This document shows, one piece after another, positions 1-18,091 of a stretch of DNA of 49,853 nucleotides (the stretch's first letter is position 1; every line of letters begins with the position of its first letter). This DNA is from Eledone cirrhosa. Its lineage: Eukaryota. The notes beneath the pieces were generated by a model. The model searched no databases. It was not told the DNA's origin and was given only the letters and a program-made list of their open reading frames with translations. The DNA is taken from contig CAXHJY010001081.1 of the NCBI GenBank assembly GCA_964016885.1, forward strand, positions 1 to 49,853, in the 5' to 3' direction. The translations under genes and the position numbers were made by a program.

Positions 1-12
1 ATATGTATATAC

Positions 13-87
<75 letters not shown>

Positions 88-110
88 CATATATATATAT
101 ATGTATATGT

Positions 111-366
111 ATCGGCCCTGCTCTCTTCAACATCACACCAGGACACGTCAAAACAGAAACTGACCACACAAAATTCAAGAAGTCTTTGGACAAATTCCTC
201 CAAGTAATCCCGGACAAACCACCCACACCCGGATATGTCTCCGCAAACAGTAATTCTCTTCTCGAATGGGCCATGGTGCCCAAATCCTGAATTGAAAGAC
301 TTCGCCAGGTGGTGCTATTAAGTTAGACATGGCCTGGGCCAATACTGGCAAAACATTTCAAAGTTA
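111..366 (+). mobile_element. 5'-truncated 3' fragment of the CR1/L2-group LINE found full-length at 36310-41310
   Basis: Near-identical to ~41045-41300. Encodes [14 protein letters not shown]...EWAMVPKS*, ends TTCAAAGTTA and is flanked by TA repeats on both sides. Confidence 0.95.
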
Positions 367-377
367 TATATATATAC

Positions 378-408
<31 letters not shown>

Positions 409-522
409 CATATATCCTGTCCCCTGTTGACATACTGCTGACTCTCTTTTGATGTATGTATGTGTATATACATATGTGTATGTGTGTGTATATGTATATC
501 TCAGTGGATGCGACCAGATTTC

Positions 523-790
523 AACACAGCAACAACTACAACAACAACAGCAGCAACACCAACAACAGCAACAACACCATCGTCTGTGTTGAATGTGTGT
601 GTATGTATTTGTATATATGCGACAGCAATAACAGCATCAACACCATTGTCTGCAGCAACAGCAGCAGTGAAATGAAGGACAACAACAACAGTAACAACTA
701 CAATAACAACTACAGCACCAACAACTGCCACCACCACGCTGATACCATCCACCACCACCACACTGACACCATCCACCACCGCCATTACCA
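523..790. repeat. Degenerate CAA/CAG/CAC trinucleotide low-complexity tract
   Basis: Runs such as acaacaacagcagcaacacc and accaccaccac. Confidence 0.75.
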
Positions 791-1043
791 GCGTAAACAA
801 ACAATTATTATTGTTATTGTTATTATATACAAGCCGAACTGGACTGGGAAAGGTCAACAGTTGACATGATAGTGATTTTGACGATTTTGACTTTGATTTT
901 GATTTTGTATCAGTACTGTCGGTAATATATGTATATATATATATGTTTGTGAGTGGTGTGCGTGATTGTATGCATGAATGAGTGTTGGTATGTGTGGTTG
1001 TGGTTTGTATGCATGAGTATTAGTGTGTGAGTCGTGTCAATAA

Positions 1044-4000
1044 TTTTTTTTTTTTTTTTTTTTTAAATGACCATGCTGTAAAATGGAGGGGTAGAGAGGG
1101 CCCTTGAGTCTAGTAAGACATCCTCTCTAGTGCTGGTGGCACAAATAAAAGCACCCAGTCCATGCTGTAAAGTGGCGCTGGTGTTAGGAAGGGCATCCAA
1201 CCAGTGTATCAATGCCAAAAAGCTTATCAGCACAGCAACAAAACAGCATAGAAAAATATGAAGACGTCGCATCTCAGAGTTGCAACACTTAATGTTGGCA
1301 CTCTCAGAGGTAGATCTGCTGAAATAGCGGAGATGCTGGAGAGAAGGCAGGTGGATGTGTGCTGCGTGCAAGAGGTGAGATGGAGAGGTGCCTCTGCGAG
1401 ACTAGTCGTAGGCAAGCGTCTTAGCTATAAGCTATTCTGGGTAGGTAAGGATGATGGGTTAGGGGGAGTAGGCATTTTCCTGGCTGAGAAATGGATCAAT
1501 AAGACAATAGAGGTAGTTCGAGTTAGTAATCGAATAATTAAGCTTAGATTAGTTGTAGGTAGGAGACTACTGACAATCATCTCGGTCTATGCTCCCCAAG
1601 CAGGCCTAGGCAAAGATGAGAAAGACTGCTTTTATGAGCAACTCTTGCAAACAACCACAATGACAGAGGACGGAGACATCGTTATGCTAGCAGGAGACTT
1701 CAATGGTCATGTTGGACAGCTCCAGGATGGTTACACTGGGGTACATGGTGGGCACGGTTATGGTTCAAGAAATGAAGAAGGAGTGAGACTTCTTGAATTT
1801 TGTGATGCAAGTACATTGACTATTTGCAACACAAACTTCCAGAAACCTGCCAATCACCTAATAACCTACAAATCTGGTGAGCACATAAGCCAGATTGACT
1901 TCCTGCTAGTTAGGCAGCGGGACAGGCAGATAGTGTCTAATACCAAGGCATACCCTGGGGAAGAATGTACCCCACAGCATAGGTTAGTTGTTAGTGATAT
2001 CTCAGTAAGCAAGAGATGGAATGAGACATATAGGAAGGTGTGGAGAAGAAAGGTCTGGAAGCTAAAAGACCTTTCACTAAAATTCAAATTTAGGAAAGCC
2101 CTTCAAGATGTATATGACGAAAAAGAAGACGATTTAGAGACGTATGACATAGATAATAACTGGAAGTTCTTACGTGACAACTTGCTGAAGGCTACTGATG
2201 AAACCTGTGGCTGGAGCAGAGCTCCAACCAGACAGAGAGTGACCTGGTGGTGGAACAGCAGTGTAGATAAGGCTATTAGAGACAAAAGACTAGCATGGAA
2301 GGCTTGGAATAAGGGTGGGAGTAGGGAAGAATATACAGCCACTAAGAGAGAAGCTAGACGCCAGGTGTACTTAGCACGCAGGGAGGCAGAGAGTAGGAGG
2401 TTTGCCAATGTTCTGCGACGGGAAGATCAGAGGCGTGCAGTGTTCCACATTGCAAGGCAGTGTGTCAATGCAAATCAGGATGTTGTTGGTGATAAATGTG
2501 TCCGGGATGATGCCGGTGTACTTAGTGTCACGAATGACCAGAAAAAGGAGGCCTGGAAATGTCATTATGAGAGACTGATGAATGTGGGGAACGAATGGGA
2601 GAGAGAAAAATTACCCTTGGTAGATCCGACAGAGGGGACCAGCTATTGAGATTGACGTATATAGGGTCCAAGAGGCGATTAGGGAAATGAAGAATGGTAA
2701 GGCGGCCGGACCATCGGGAATAGTTGCTGAGATGCTGAAGGCATCAGGGGACGTAGGCACTAAACTGGTTGCACGCATAATCAATCAGGCTATATATGGT
2801 GGTGTCATACCCAAAGACTGGTGCAGCAGTATTCTCATAAATTGCTACAAAGGTAAAGGGGATGCTTTGGAGAGGAGCAATTATAGGGGTATAAACTGAT
2901 AGATCAGGTTATGAAAGTGGCAGAAAGGATTTTAGCACAACTAATTAGAGAAAGGGTCAAACTAGATGAGATGCAGTTTGGTTTTGTGCCTGGGAAGAGT
3001 ACAACAGATGCCCTCTTCTTGGTGAGACAAATGCAAGAGAGGTTCTTAGAGAAGAATAAGCCACTATACTTAGCCTTTGTTGACCTAGAGAAGGCCTTTG
3101 ATAGGGTACCCCGATCTGTCATCTGGTGGTCCCTAAGGAAGCTGGGTGTTGAGGAATGGCTTGTAAGGACAGTGCAAACTTTGTACAGAGGTACTCTCAG
3201 TAAAGTCAGGGTAGGAATGGAGTTTAGTGAGGAATTCCAGATACAAGTAGGAGTACATCAGGGTTCGGTCCTCAGCCCACTCTTGCTCATTATAGTCCTC
3301 CAAGCCATAACAGAGGAGTTTAAGACTGGCTGTCCATGGGAACTTCTCTATGCTGACGATCTGGCTCTTATGGCAAAATCAGTAGAGGAGCTAGAGAATA
3401 AATTCCGGCTATGGAAACAGCAGTTGGAAGCAAGAGGACTGAGAGTAAATCTAGCTAAGACAAAAGTGTTGATGAGTAGAAAAGAGGACAAAACCCTGAT
3501 TTCGTCAGGGAAATGGCCATGTTCGATATGCAGAAAAGGAACTGGCATAAATTCTATAAAATGCACACAATGTAGGTCCTGGGTACATAAGAGATGTAGC
3601 GGGATAGCAGGCAAACTAACAGGTAGGGAGAAATATGTATGCAGTAGATGTACAGGGAAATTAGACAGTAGAAGTCGCACTGATAGACACATTTTTCAAA
3701 TGCGAGAGGGCGCTATAGAAGTGGTGGATAGCTTCCGGTACCTAGGAGATCAGATTAGCATGGGAGGAGGGTGTTCCGAGGCCATAGTATCTAGAATAAG
3801 GACGGGTTGGAAGAAGTTTAGGGAGCTGCTTCCTCTGTTGACGAAGAAGGGTTTCTCCCTGCGTACGAAAGGCCGGTTGTATGATGCCTGTGTGAGGAGC
3901 GCGATGCTGCATGGTAGTGAGACATGGGCAGCTACCGCAGAAGATATGCGACGGCTGGAGAGAAATGAGGCAAGCATGCTCCGTTGGATGTGCAGTGTAA

Positions 4001-4340
4001 ATGTGCGTGAACGACCCAGCATAAATGTGTTGAGAGAGAAACTGTGTCTGAGAGGGATAGAATGTAGTGTACGGGAGAGGAGACTGAGGTGGTATGGACA
4101 TGTGATGCGCATGGAGGATGACCGATGGGTGAAGAAGTGCCAGAAAATGCCAGTTGAAGGAAGACGTGGTAGAGGTAGACCACGAAAAACATGGGCGGAG
4201 GTGGTGAGAACAGACCTCAGATCATTGAAGCTCACGTTGGAGATGACGAGGGACCGTGACGAGTGGAGAGATGCTGTGCTGAATAAGACCCGTCCCACCC
4301 TTGCAAGCAGGGAAGAGCGGACGTAAAATGATGATGATGA
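1044..4340 (+). mobile_element. Full-length RTE-clade non-LTR retrotransposon, family A, copy 1
   Basis: 5' T21 tract, ~190-bp 5'UTR, APE+RT coding region and (ATG/GAT)n tail. Reverse complement of 32215-35523 with few differences. Confidence 0.95.
1258..4326 (+). pseudogene. RTE APE-RT ORF broken by a +1 (~2636) and a -1 (~2894) frameshift
   Basis: ORFs 1258-2649, 2687-2899 and 2911-4326 together match the intact 1022-aa protein. Motifs: [47 protein letters not shown]. Confidence 0.93.
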
Positions 4341-9525
<5,185 letters not shown>

Positions 9526-9561
9526 TAAAAAATAAACCAAAGAAGCCTTCAATACATCAAA

Positions 9562-9620
9562 AGTCTTTATTAGCCAACAATGTTTCGTCCTATTAAGGAC
9601 TCATCAGGGCAAGTAAAACT
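9562..9620 (-). ncRNA. Type I hammerhead ribozyme motif
   Basis: Minus strand reads gcc-CTGATGA-GTCC-ttaata-GGAC-GAAA-C-att-GTT-ggc: canonical core, 4-bp stem II, minimal stem III, GUU cleavage triplet, gcc/ggc stem I. Confidence 0.88.
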
Positions 9621-9739
9621 ACAAGAAGCACTATCGGCCAATACAAGCCAAAAACTCAGAAGAATATGGAGTATACATCTAATAAAGCTTAGGAAAGATA
9701 TCAAGGAAAAGTGGGCTAAGATTAAGAGTGAGCAGTTAC

Positions 9740-9820
9740 AAACATAGATATAGACCAAATAGCAAGGAAGTGATTAACATGTTGAACCCACATTGCAAAT
9801 ATTGTATAATGCAAAAACTT
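9740..9820 (-). repeat. 81-bp inverted repeat of 13169-13249
   Basis: aaacatagatatagacc...gcaaaaactt is the reverse complement of aagtttttgc...tctatgttt. Confidence 0.93.
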
Positions 9821-9822
9821 AG

Positions 9823-11775
9823 GATGTTATAGATTGGTTCTCTGGTATTAATAAACTTGAGTCTAGTAGGTTTATCCAGTTTGATATTGATGCCTATTAC
9901 ACGTCGATTTCACCTATCCTACTTAATAAAGCCTTAATTATGGCCATGCGAGTGTCTAGCCTTACACGACCGCAGATTGATGTTATACTAGCAGCCCGTA
10001 GGACTATCATCAAATTCGAGGATACACTTTGGACGCGTAAAAACACACCCAACAACTTCGACATTACAATGGGTTCGAGTGGTTCGGCCCAGGTAACTGA
10101 TCTTGTTGGGCTGTTCCTCCTAAATGAACTGTATGTTACCTTTCCGCACCTTAAAGGCGAACTTTATCGTGACGATGCATTGTTTGTGATAAACTCTAGC
10201 ACCAACAATATTGAGCATAATAGGAAGAAACTTTATAAATTTTTTAAAATTTTAACCTTTCGATCACGATTGATAGAAATGATAGAGTGGTCAACTTTTT
10301 AGATGTGTCTTTGGACTTGATCACTAATAGTTATAAACCCTTCCATAAGCCAAATGAGATACTCTCTTATGTTAATCCCAATTCTAACCACCCCAAATCT
10401 ATGATTAGCTCTATAATTAACGGTGTATCTAATAGAATTTCCACACTCTCTAAGGATATAGGAATATTTAATTCACATGTGGAGTACTATAATAATGCCC
10501 TAGCTAACTCTGGTTACTCTGGTAAAATACGTTATAATGAGAACAACCTTAGAAAGTCTCCGTTTTCCCCATAATAATAATAACATAATATCCCATAATA
10601 TGGCCATGAATGGGAGTAGAAAGCATAAGAATCGTAGAAATCCCATAGGTGTATCCGAACCCATCCATAGGTTAAGCTACCGTAATCGTAATAGTGAGTC
10701 TAATGGTACACTTTTCGGGATTAGTTCTAGGGAATAAGTTAGGCACTCTGATCGCTCACCCAGTGGTAATTCTAATAGTGTTGTTTCAACTGATCCTGGC
10801 AGTAACCCTAATCCTATTGATATGATTCCAGATAACAGTAGATATACTAAAGGTAGAAACAGAAGGAGACTCAATAGGGTTTTGGCTGCTTCTAATAATG
10901 TTGTTTCAACTAGTCCTCGTAGTAACCCTGATCCTATTAGTGGGATACTGGATAACGGTAGAGTTGGTAAGGATAGAAATAGGAGGAGACTTAATACTTA
11001 TTTTAACCCGCCTTATGATCATGAAGTATTAACTAACATCCCTAGGTCTTTCTTTTCTATCTTAGAGAAAAATTTCCCTCCTTCTAATAAATACCATGGT
11101 ATTTTTAATAAAAATGTAATTAAACTATCATTCTCTACCACCCCTAATATTAGTTCTCATTTAGCTAGCACTAACAATAGGAAAATTAGGGACAGCTACT
11201 CCTCTTTGCGTACTACTAGTCTTGATAGATCCATTAATGCCTTACCACCTGAGCAGACCTTATCTTATAATAACCCTAGGAGTGATGCATCACTCATTCA
11301 GCCGGTCAATAGCACCCGGAAGTGTAACTGTAGAGTAAGTATTAACTGCCCTTTAAATGGTCACTGCCTCTCTAGGAACATTGTTTATGCTTGTGAAGTT
11401 AAGACTAATTCTTCTAATAGCACTTATATAGGCTCCACATCTAATACTTTTAAAACTAGGTTTAATTCTCATATCTCTAATGTTAAGCATGTTAAGTTTA
11501 AGAACTCTACTTCTTTAGCACACCATATCTGGGATCTTAAAGGGGCTGGTATGCCATATAGCCTTAATTGGCGTATAGTAGCACGCTCTAATAACCTATC
11601 AACACACACTAAATTCTGTAATCTCTGTATCCTAGAGACCCACTCTATAATTTTCTCTAGGGAAGTTTTGCTTAATAGAAAGTCTGAGATATTTTCTTCC
11701 TGCCCCCATGCCATTTCTAATTCTTTCTTCTATTATAGACCTAAAAGTTCTGGTAGTTTAAATCGTATCCATTAG
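9823..11775 (+). pseudogene. Decayed PLE reverse transcriptase + GIY-YIG endonuclease ORF (possibly Nematis-like)
   Basis: FIQFDIDAYYTSI, FDITMGS, LYRDDAL, VNFLDVSLDL, YVNPNSNHP, FNPPY. Frameshift near 10250 and further stops/shifts at 10570-10740. Confidence 0.88.
10822..11775 (+). CDS. Open C-terminal part of the PLE ORF: Cys-rich linker + GIY-YIG endonuclease
   Basis: CNCRVSINCPLNGHC, NIVY...TYIGST...FKTRFNSH, CNLCILE, LLNRKSE...CPH. Confidence 0.8.
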   Translation: MIPDNSRYTKGRNRRRLNRVLAASNNVVSTSPRSNPDPISGILDNGRVGKDRNRRRLNTYFNPPYDHEVLTNIPRSFFSILEKNFPPSNKYHGIFNKNVIKLSFSTTPNISSHLASTNNRKIRDSYSSLRTTSLDRSINALPPEQTLSYNNPRSDASLIQPVNSTRKCNCRVSINCPLNGHCLSRNIVYACEVKTNSSNSTYIGSTSNTFKTRFNSHISNVKHVKFKNSTSLAHHIWDLKGAGMPYSLNWRIVARSNNLSTHTKFCNLCILETHSIIFSREVLLNRKSEIFSSCPHAISNSFFYYRPKSSGSLNRIH

Positions 11776-13564
11776 CTGCTATATTTCCTTATCTTTTTTG
11801 TTTAGGTTCATTTTGATTACCATCATCATTATTATTATTAGTTTTTTACAGCTTTTCGATTTTAGTTTCCATAGTCTTTTGGCTACCATACCCTATCTAT
11901 CTTCTTAAGCATTATTATAGTTTCACTACTAACACCTTATGAGTTTATATCTTATTAAATACTTTGTTTGGAGTCTCATTCAACTAATGAACCTCCTCTA
12001 CACACTTAATATCCGCCCCTTCTATTATACTATATATAAATTTCACCTTTATGCTCCTTTTTATGATATTATATAATATATTGATTTTACTTCTATGCTC
12101 CTTCCTATCCTCCATAACCTCTCTTCTTTCTGTTCCGATTGGTCTACCATAGTTCTATTTAGAGTCCTTTTATTTGATAACGTTATTCGACTGAATGGAG
12201 CATATTTTACTCTATTCTTGATAATTTTATTGAGATATCTTAAACTTATACGATTTTGATGACTTAAACACTAGCCAATTTTGAAGTGACTAAATATGTA
12301 TTTTAAATACTTTTAATATTAATTAATTTAAAAAGGTTTTCTAGTCAATTCTCCGGTTTACATTTCTATCTTTTTTTCTTTTACTTGACCGCTTGTGACA
12401 CCTAAGTAAATATACTTGTTTTTGTTTTTCGATCTTCGGTTTATTTAATTTATTTTTTTACTACCACACGCTGTCTATCTGATCCATGTAATTTCATTAA
12501 TATATGTCTGTGTATGTCAACCACGTAAATATATATATTAAGCATTTCCTTAGACTCTGTTTGCTATTTGATATTAACGTTGTTATATTATATCATTTTT
12601 ATGTAATCGTATTATAGATATTAATATATGTCTGTTATTTGAGGTACTGTTCTGTTATATTTTGTAATATTTTGTGATATTTTGGTAATATTTATGCCAA
12701 TGTAAAATGACTTGACCTGCGTGTATTTGTTACAATGGTATAGATATTTTTTCAACACAATTTAGTTCTATATGATTTTTTTCTTACCCTGTGTAAAACC
12801 TTATACTATTTGTTAACCTTGAATTATATGTATGATGTAATTTTGTATATCTTTTGATGCCAATATATTATAATATTGTTATTATAATGTTTTTATATTG
12901 TTCATGCACACTGACAGGGAATTATATATTATATTTTATTTTTATTTTTATCTTTATTCTTACTTTTATCTTTATTATATTATACTGTAAATAATATATA
13001 TATATATATATTTAAATACTTAATAAGTGTTAGTTTGTGTTTGTACTAATGTGTATATGTATATATATATATATACATATATTAAGCTTTTTATTATCAC
13101 CATATATTATATTATATTATATTCTATATCGTACTGTAATTCTCGCATTATATTAACATTTGTGTTTCAAGTTTTTGCATTATACAATATTTGCAATGTG
13201 GGTTCAACATGTTAATCACTTCCTTGCTATTTGGTCTATATCTATGTTTATAAATTACAGTACTAAATAATTACAGTACTCCCTCCCTCCTAAATCTCTC
13301 AATTTGTATGATGAATTATTATTATTCATCTGTTGCCTCAGCTGCATCTCTTTTTTCACCTCCTCACTATTTCTCTCTCCCCTATCTCTCTCTATTTCTC
13401 TCTGTTTTTCTTTACATACATTTCTTCCTTTTCTCTGTCTTTCTTTTTAACTGTGCTTAACACTAAATATTTATAAACATCTCACTACCAAACCAACTTC
13501 TTGCATGAAAGTTGATCAATATTTATGGTACGTCAAAATTATTTATAAAACTGCTTATATATTG

Positions 13565-13630
13565 TATTTTATCTGAAGAAGGCATGCCATATTTTTAATA
13601 TGGTATCCCCGAAATATGTATAATGAAATA
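13565..13630 (+). ncRNA. Type I hammerhead ribozyme motif (variant stem II base)
   Basis: tattttat-CTGAAGA-aggc-atgccatatt-ttt-aatatggtat-cccc-GAAA-tatgtaTA-atgaaata: 8-bp stem I, 10-bp upper stem II, self-complementary stem III. Confidence 0.75.
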
Positions 13631-13760
13631 AATATGGTTTTATAAATATAGTTTCCATTTGTTTAATATCGTATATCTACTCCAAAACTTGTTGAGTGCT
13701 TTATATCAGTTATAAAATATTTACTTGTTGTAACCCAACAATTTTAAATAAAACTTTTGC

Positions 13761-16150
<2,390 letters not shown>

Positions 16151-16760
16151 ATGGTGGCTGCCAACTCGTTTTCGAGTACGGCCACTACTTTATATCCATG
16201 TAGGAGAACCCCTACCGATGCGCTGAACGAATGTGACTTTTTAGTCCAGCCAGCGACTTGAAAACTCTGGTACAAAGACTACACTTGTGACCATTATTGA
16301 CACATAGTGCAGGGCCCATGGTACCATGTGATGACAAGTGCAGAGAGATCTCCAGATATAAAGCAATGCCTGTGCTGTGAAGCTTTTATAGTGAGCAAAG
16401 GCACTGCACAAAGCCAGTCCCACTCTCTTAACCAAGATGATATTTACCAAAAAGAAGAACAAGTCAACATCATTGGATACCATCAGGGTTGCAGGTGTTA
16501 TATCAGAGTTTTCCTTCTCCTAGAATTCTGCCTTGACAAAGGCTAAGGGGTCATCTCTCCCAGTGATTTTGGATGGCTATTGACTCTTAAGAGCTCCCTT
16601 GCCCTTTGACAGGTTTTGTTTTTAGTCCTGCAGGATGTCCAAAGTCACCCTCCTCACCAAGAAACCTTGGTGGGGTTGCCAGTTTAGTCGCCAACGACCC
16701 GACCATGAGACAGGTTGTACTGGGATACATGTTACCAGTAGCACCAACTGGTGACCTGAC
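16151..16760 (-). mobile_element. Non-autonomous, internally deleted RTE-like element, copy 1 (longer 5' end)
   Basis: RTE 5'UTR-like motif CTAGGAGAAGGAAAACTCTGA, C-terminal zinc-finger remnant, 3' hairpin CTCGAAAACGAG before the microsatellite; no RT or APE. Confidence 0.7.
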
Positions 16761-16858
16761 ATATATATATACATACATATATACATACATACATATATAT
16801 ATACATACATATATATATACATACATATATATATACATACATATATACATACATATAC

Positions 16859-16889
<31 letters not shown>

Positions 16890-16909
16890 CACATACACAC
16901 ATACATACA

Positions 16910-16945
<36 letters not shown>

Positions 16946-17070
16946 CATACATATATACATACATATATATATACACACATATATATATATATACACACAT
17001 ACACATATATATACGTACATATATACACATATACATACATACATATATATATACATACATATATATATAC

Positions 17071-17529
17071 ATGGTGGCTGCCAACTCGTTTTCGAGTACG
17101 GCCACTACTTTACATCCATGTAGGATAACCCCTACCGAAGCGCTGAACGAGTGTGACTTTTTAGTCCAGCCAGCGACTTGAAACCTCTGGTACAAACACT
17201 ACACCTGTGACAATCATTGACACACAGTGCTAGGCCCATGGTAGGACAATCATTGACACATAGTGCTGGGCCCATGTGAGGACAAGTGCAGAGAGATCTC
17301 CAGATATAAAGCAATGCCTGTGCCGTGAAGCTTTTATAGTGAGCAAAGGCACTGCACAAAGCCAGTCCCACTCTCTTAACCAAGATGATATTTACCAAAA
17401 AGAAGAACAAGTCAACATCATTGGATACCATCAGGGTTGCAGGTGTTATATCAGAGTTTTCCTTCTCCTAGAATTCTGCCTTGACTAAGGCTAAAGGGGT
17501 CATCTCTCCCGGTGATTTTGGATGGCCAT
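17071..17529 (-). mobile_element. Same non-autonomous RTE-like element, copy 2 (5'-truncated)
   Basis: Direct repeat of 16151-16578 with substitutions. Encodes [19 protein letters not shown]. Confidence 0.72.

Positions 17530-18091
<562 letters not shown>

Larger units (their letters stand above)
9526..13760 (+). mobile_element. Penelope-like element (PLE), 5'-truncated, with an inverted pLTR-like segment at its 5' side
   Basis: PLE-type RT motifs, C-terminal GIY-YIG, hammerhead motifs at both ends, 81-bp inverted repeat, TA arrays on both flanks. Boundaries are approximate. Confidence 0.85.

Noticed and set aside
45-415. Possible TSD around the short CR1-group fragment (16,16 spacing of CA interruptions on both sides)
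   Set aside because: Only three markers, and such spacing is common in these arrays; could be chance.
456-869. Asn/His/Thr-rich or Val-rich short ORFs as a host exon
   Set aside because: Explained by trinucleotide low complexity; no domain or convincing splice evidence.
9823-11775. Selenocysteine read-through in the PLE ORF, as in Naiad elements
   Set aside because: Interruptions are frameshifts and TAA stops, and the endonuclease is C-terminal, unlike Naiad.
16670-16760. HDV-like or twister ribozyme at the 5' end of the RTE derivative (also sought in the RTE-A 5'UTR)
   Set aside because: Partial elements exist (ccagt/actgg, CTAA), but I could not build a consistent P1/P1.1 nested pseudoknot or find a twister core by eye.
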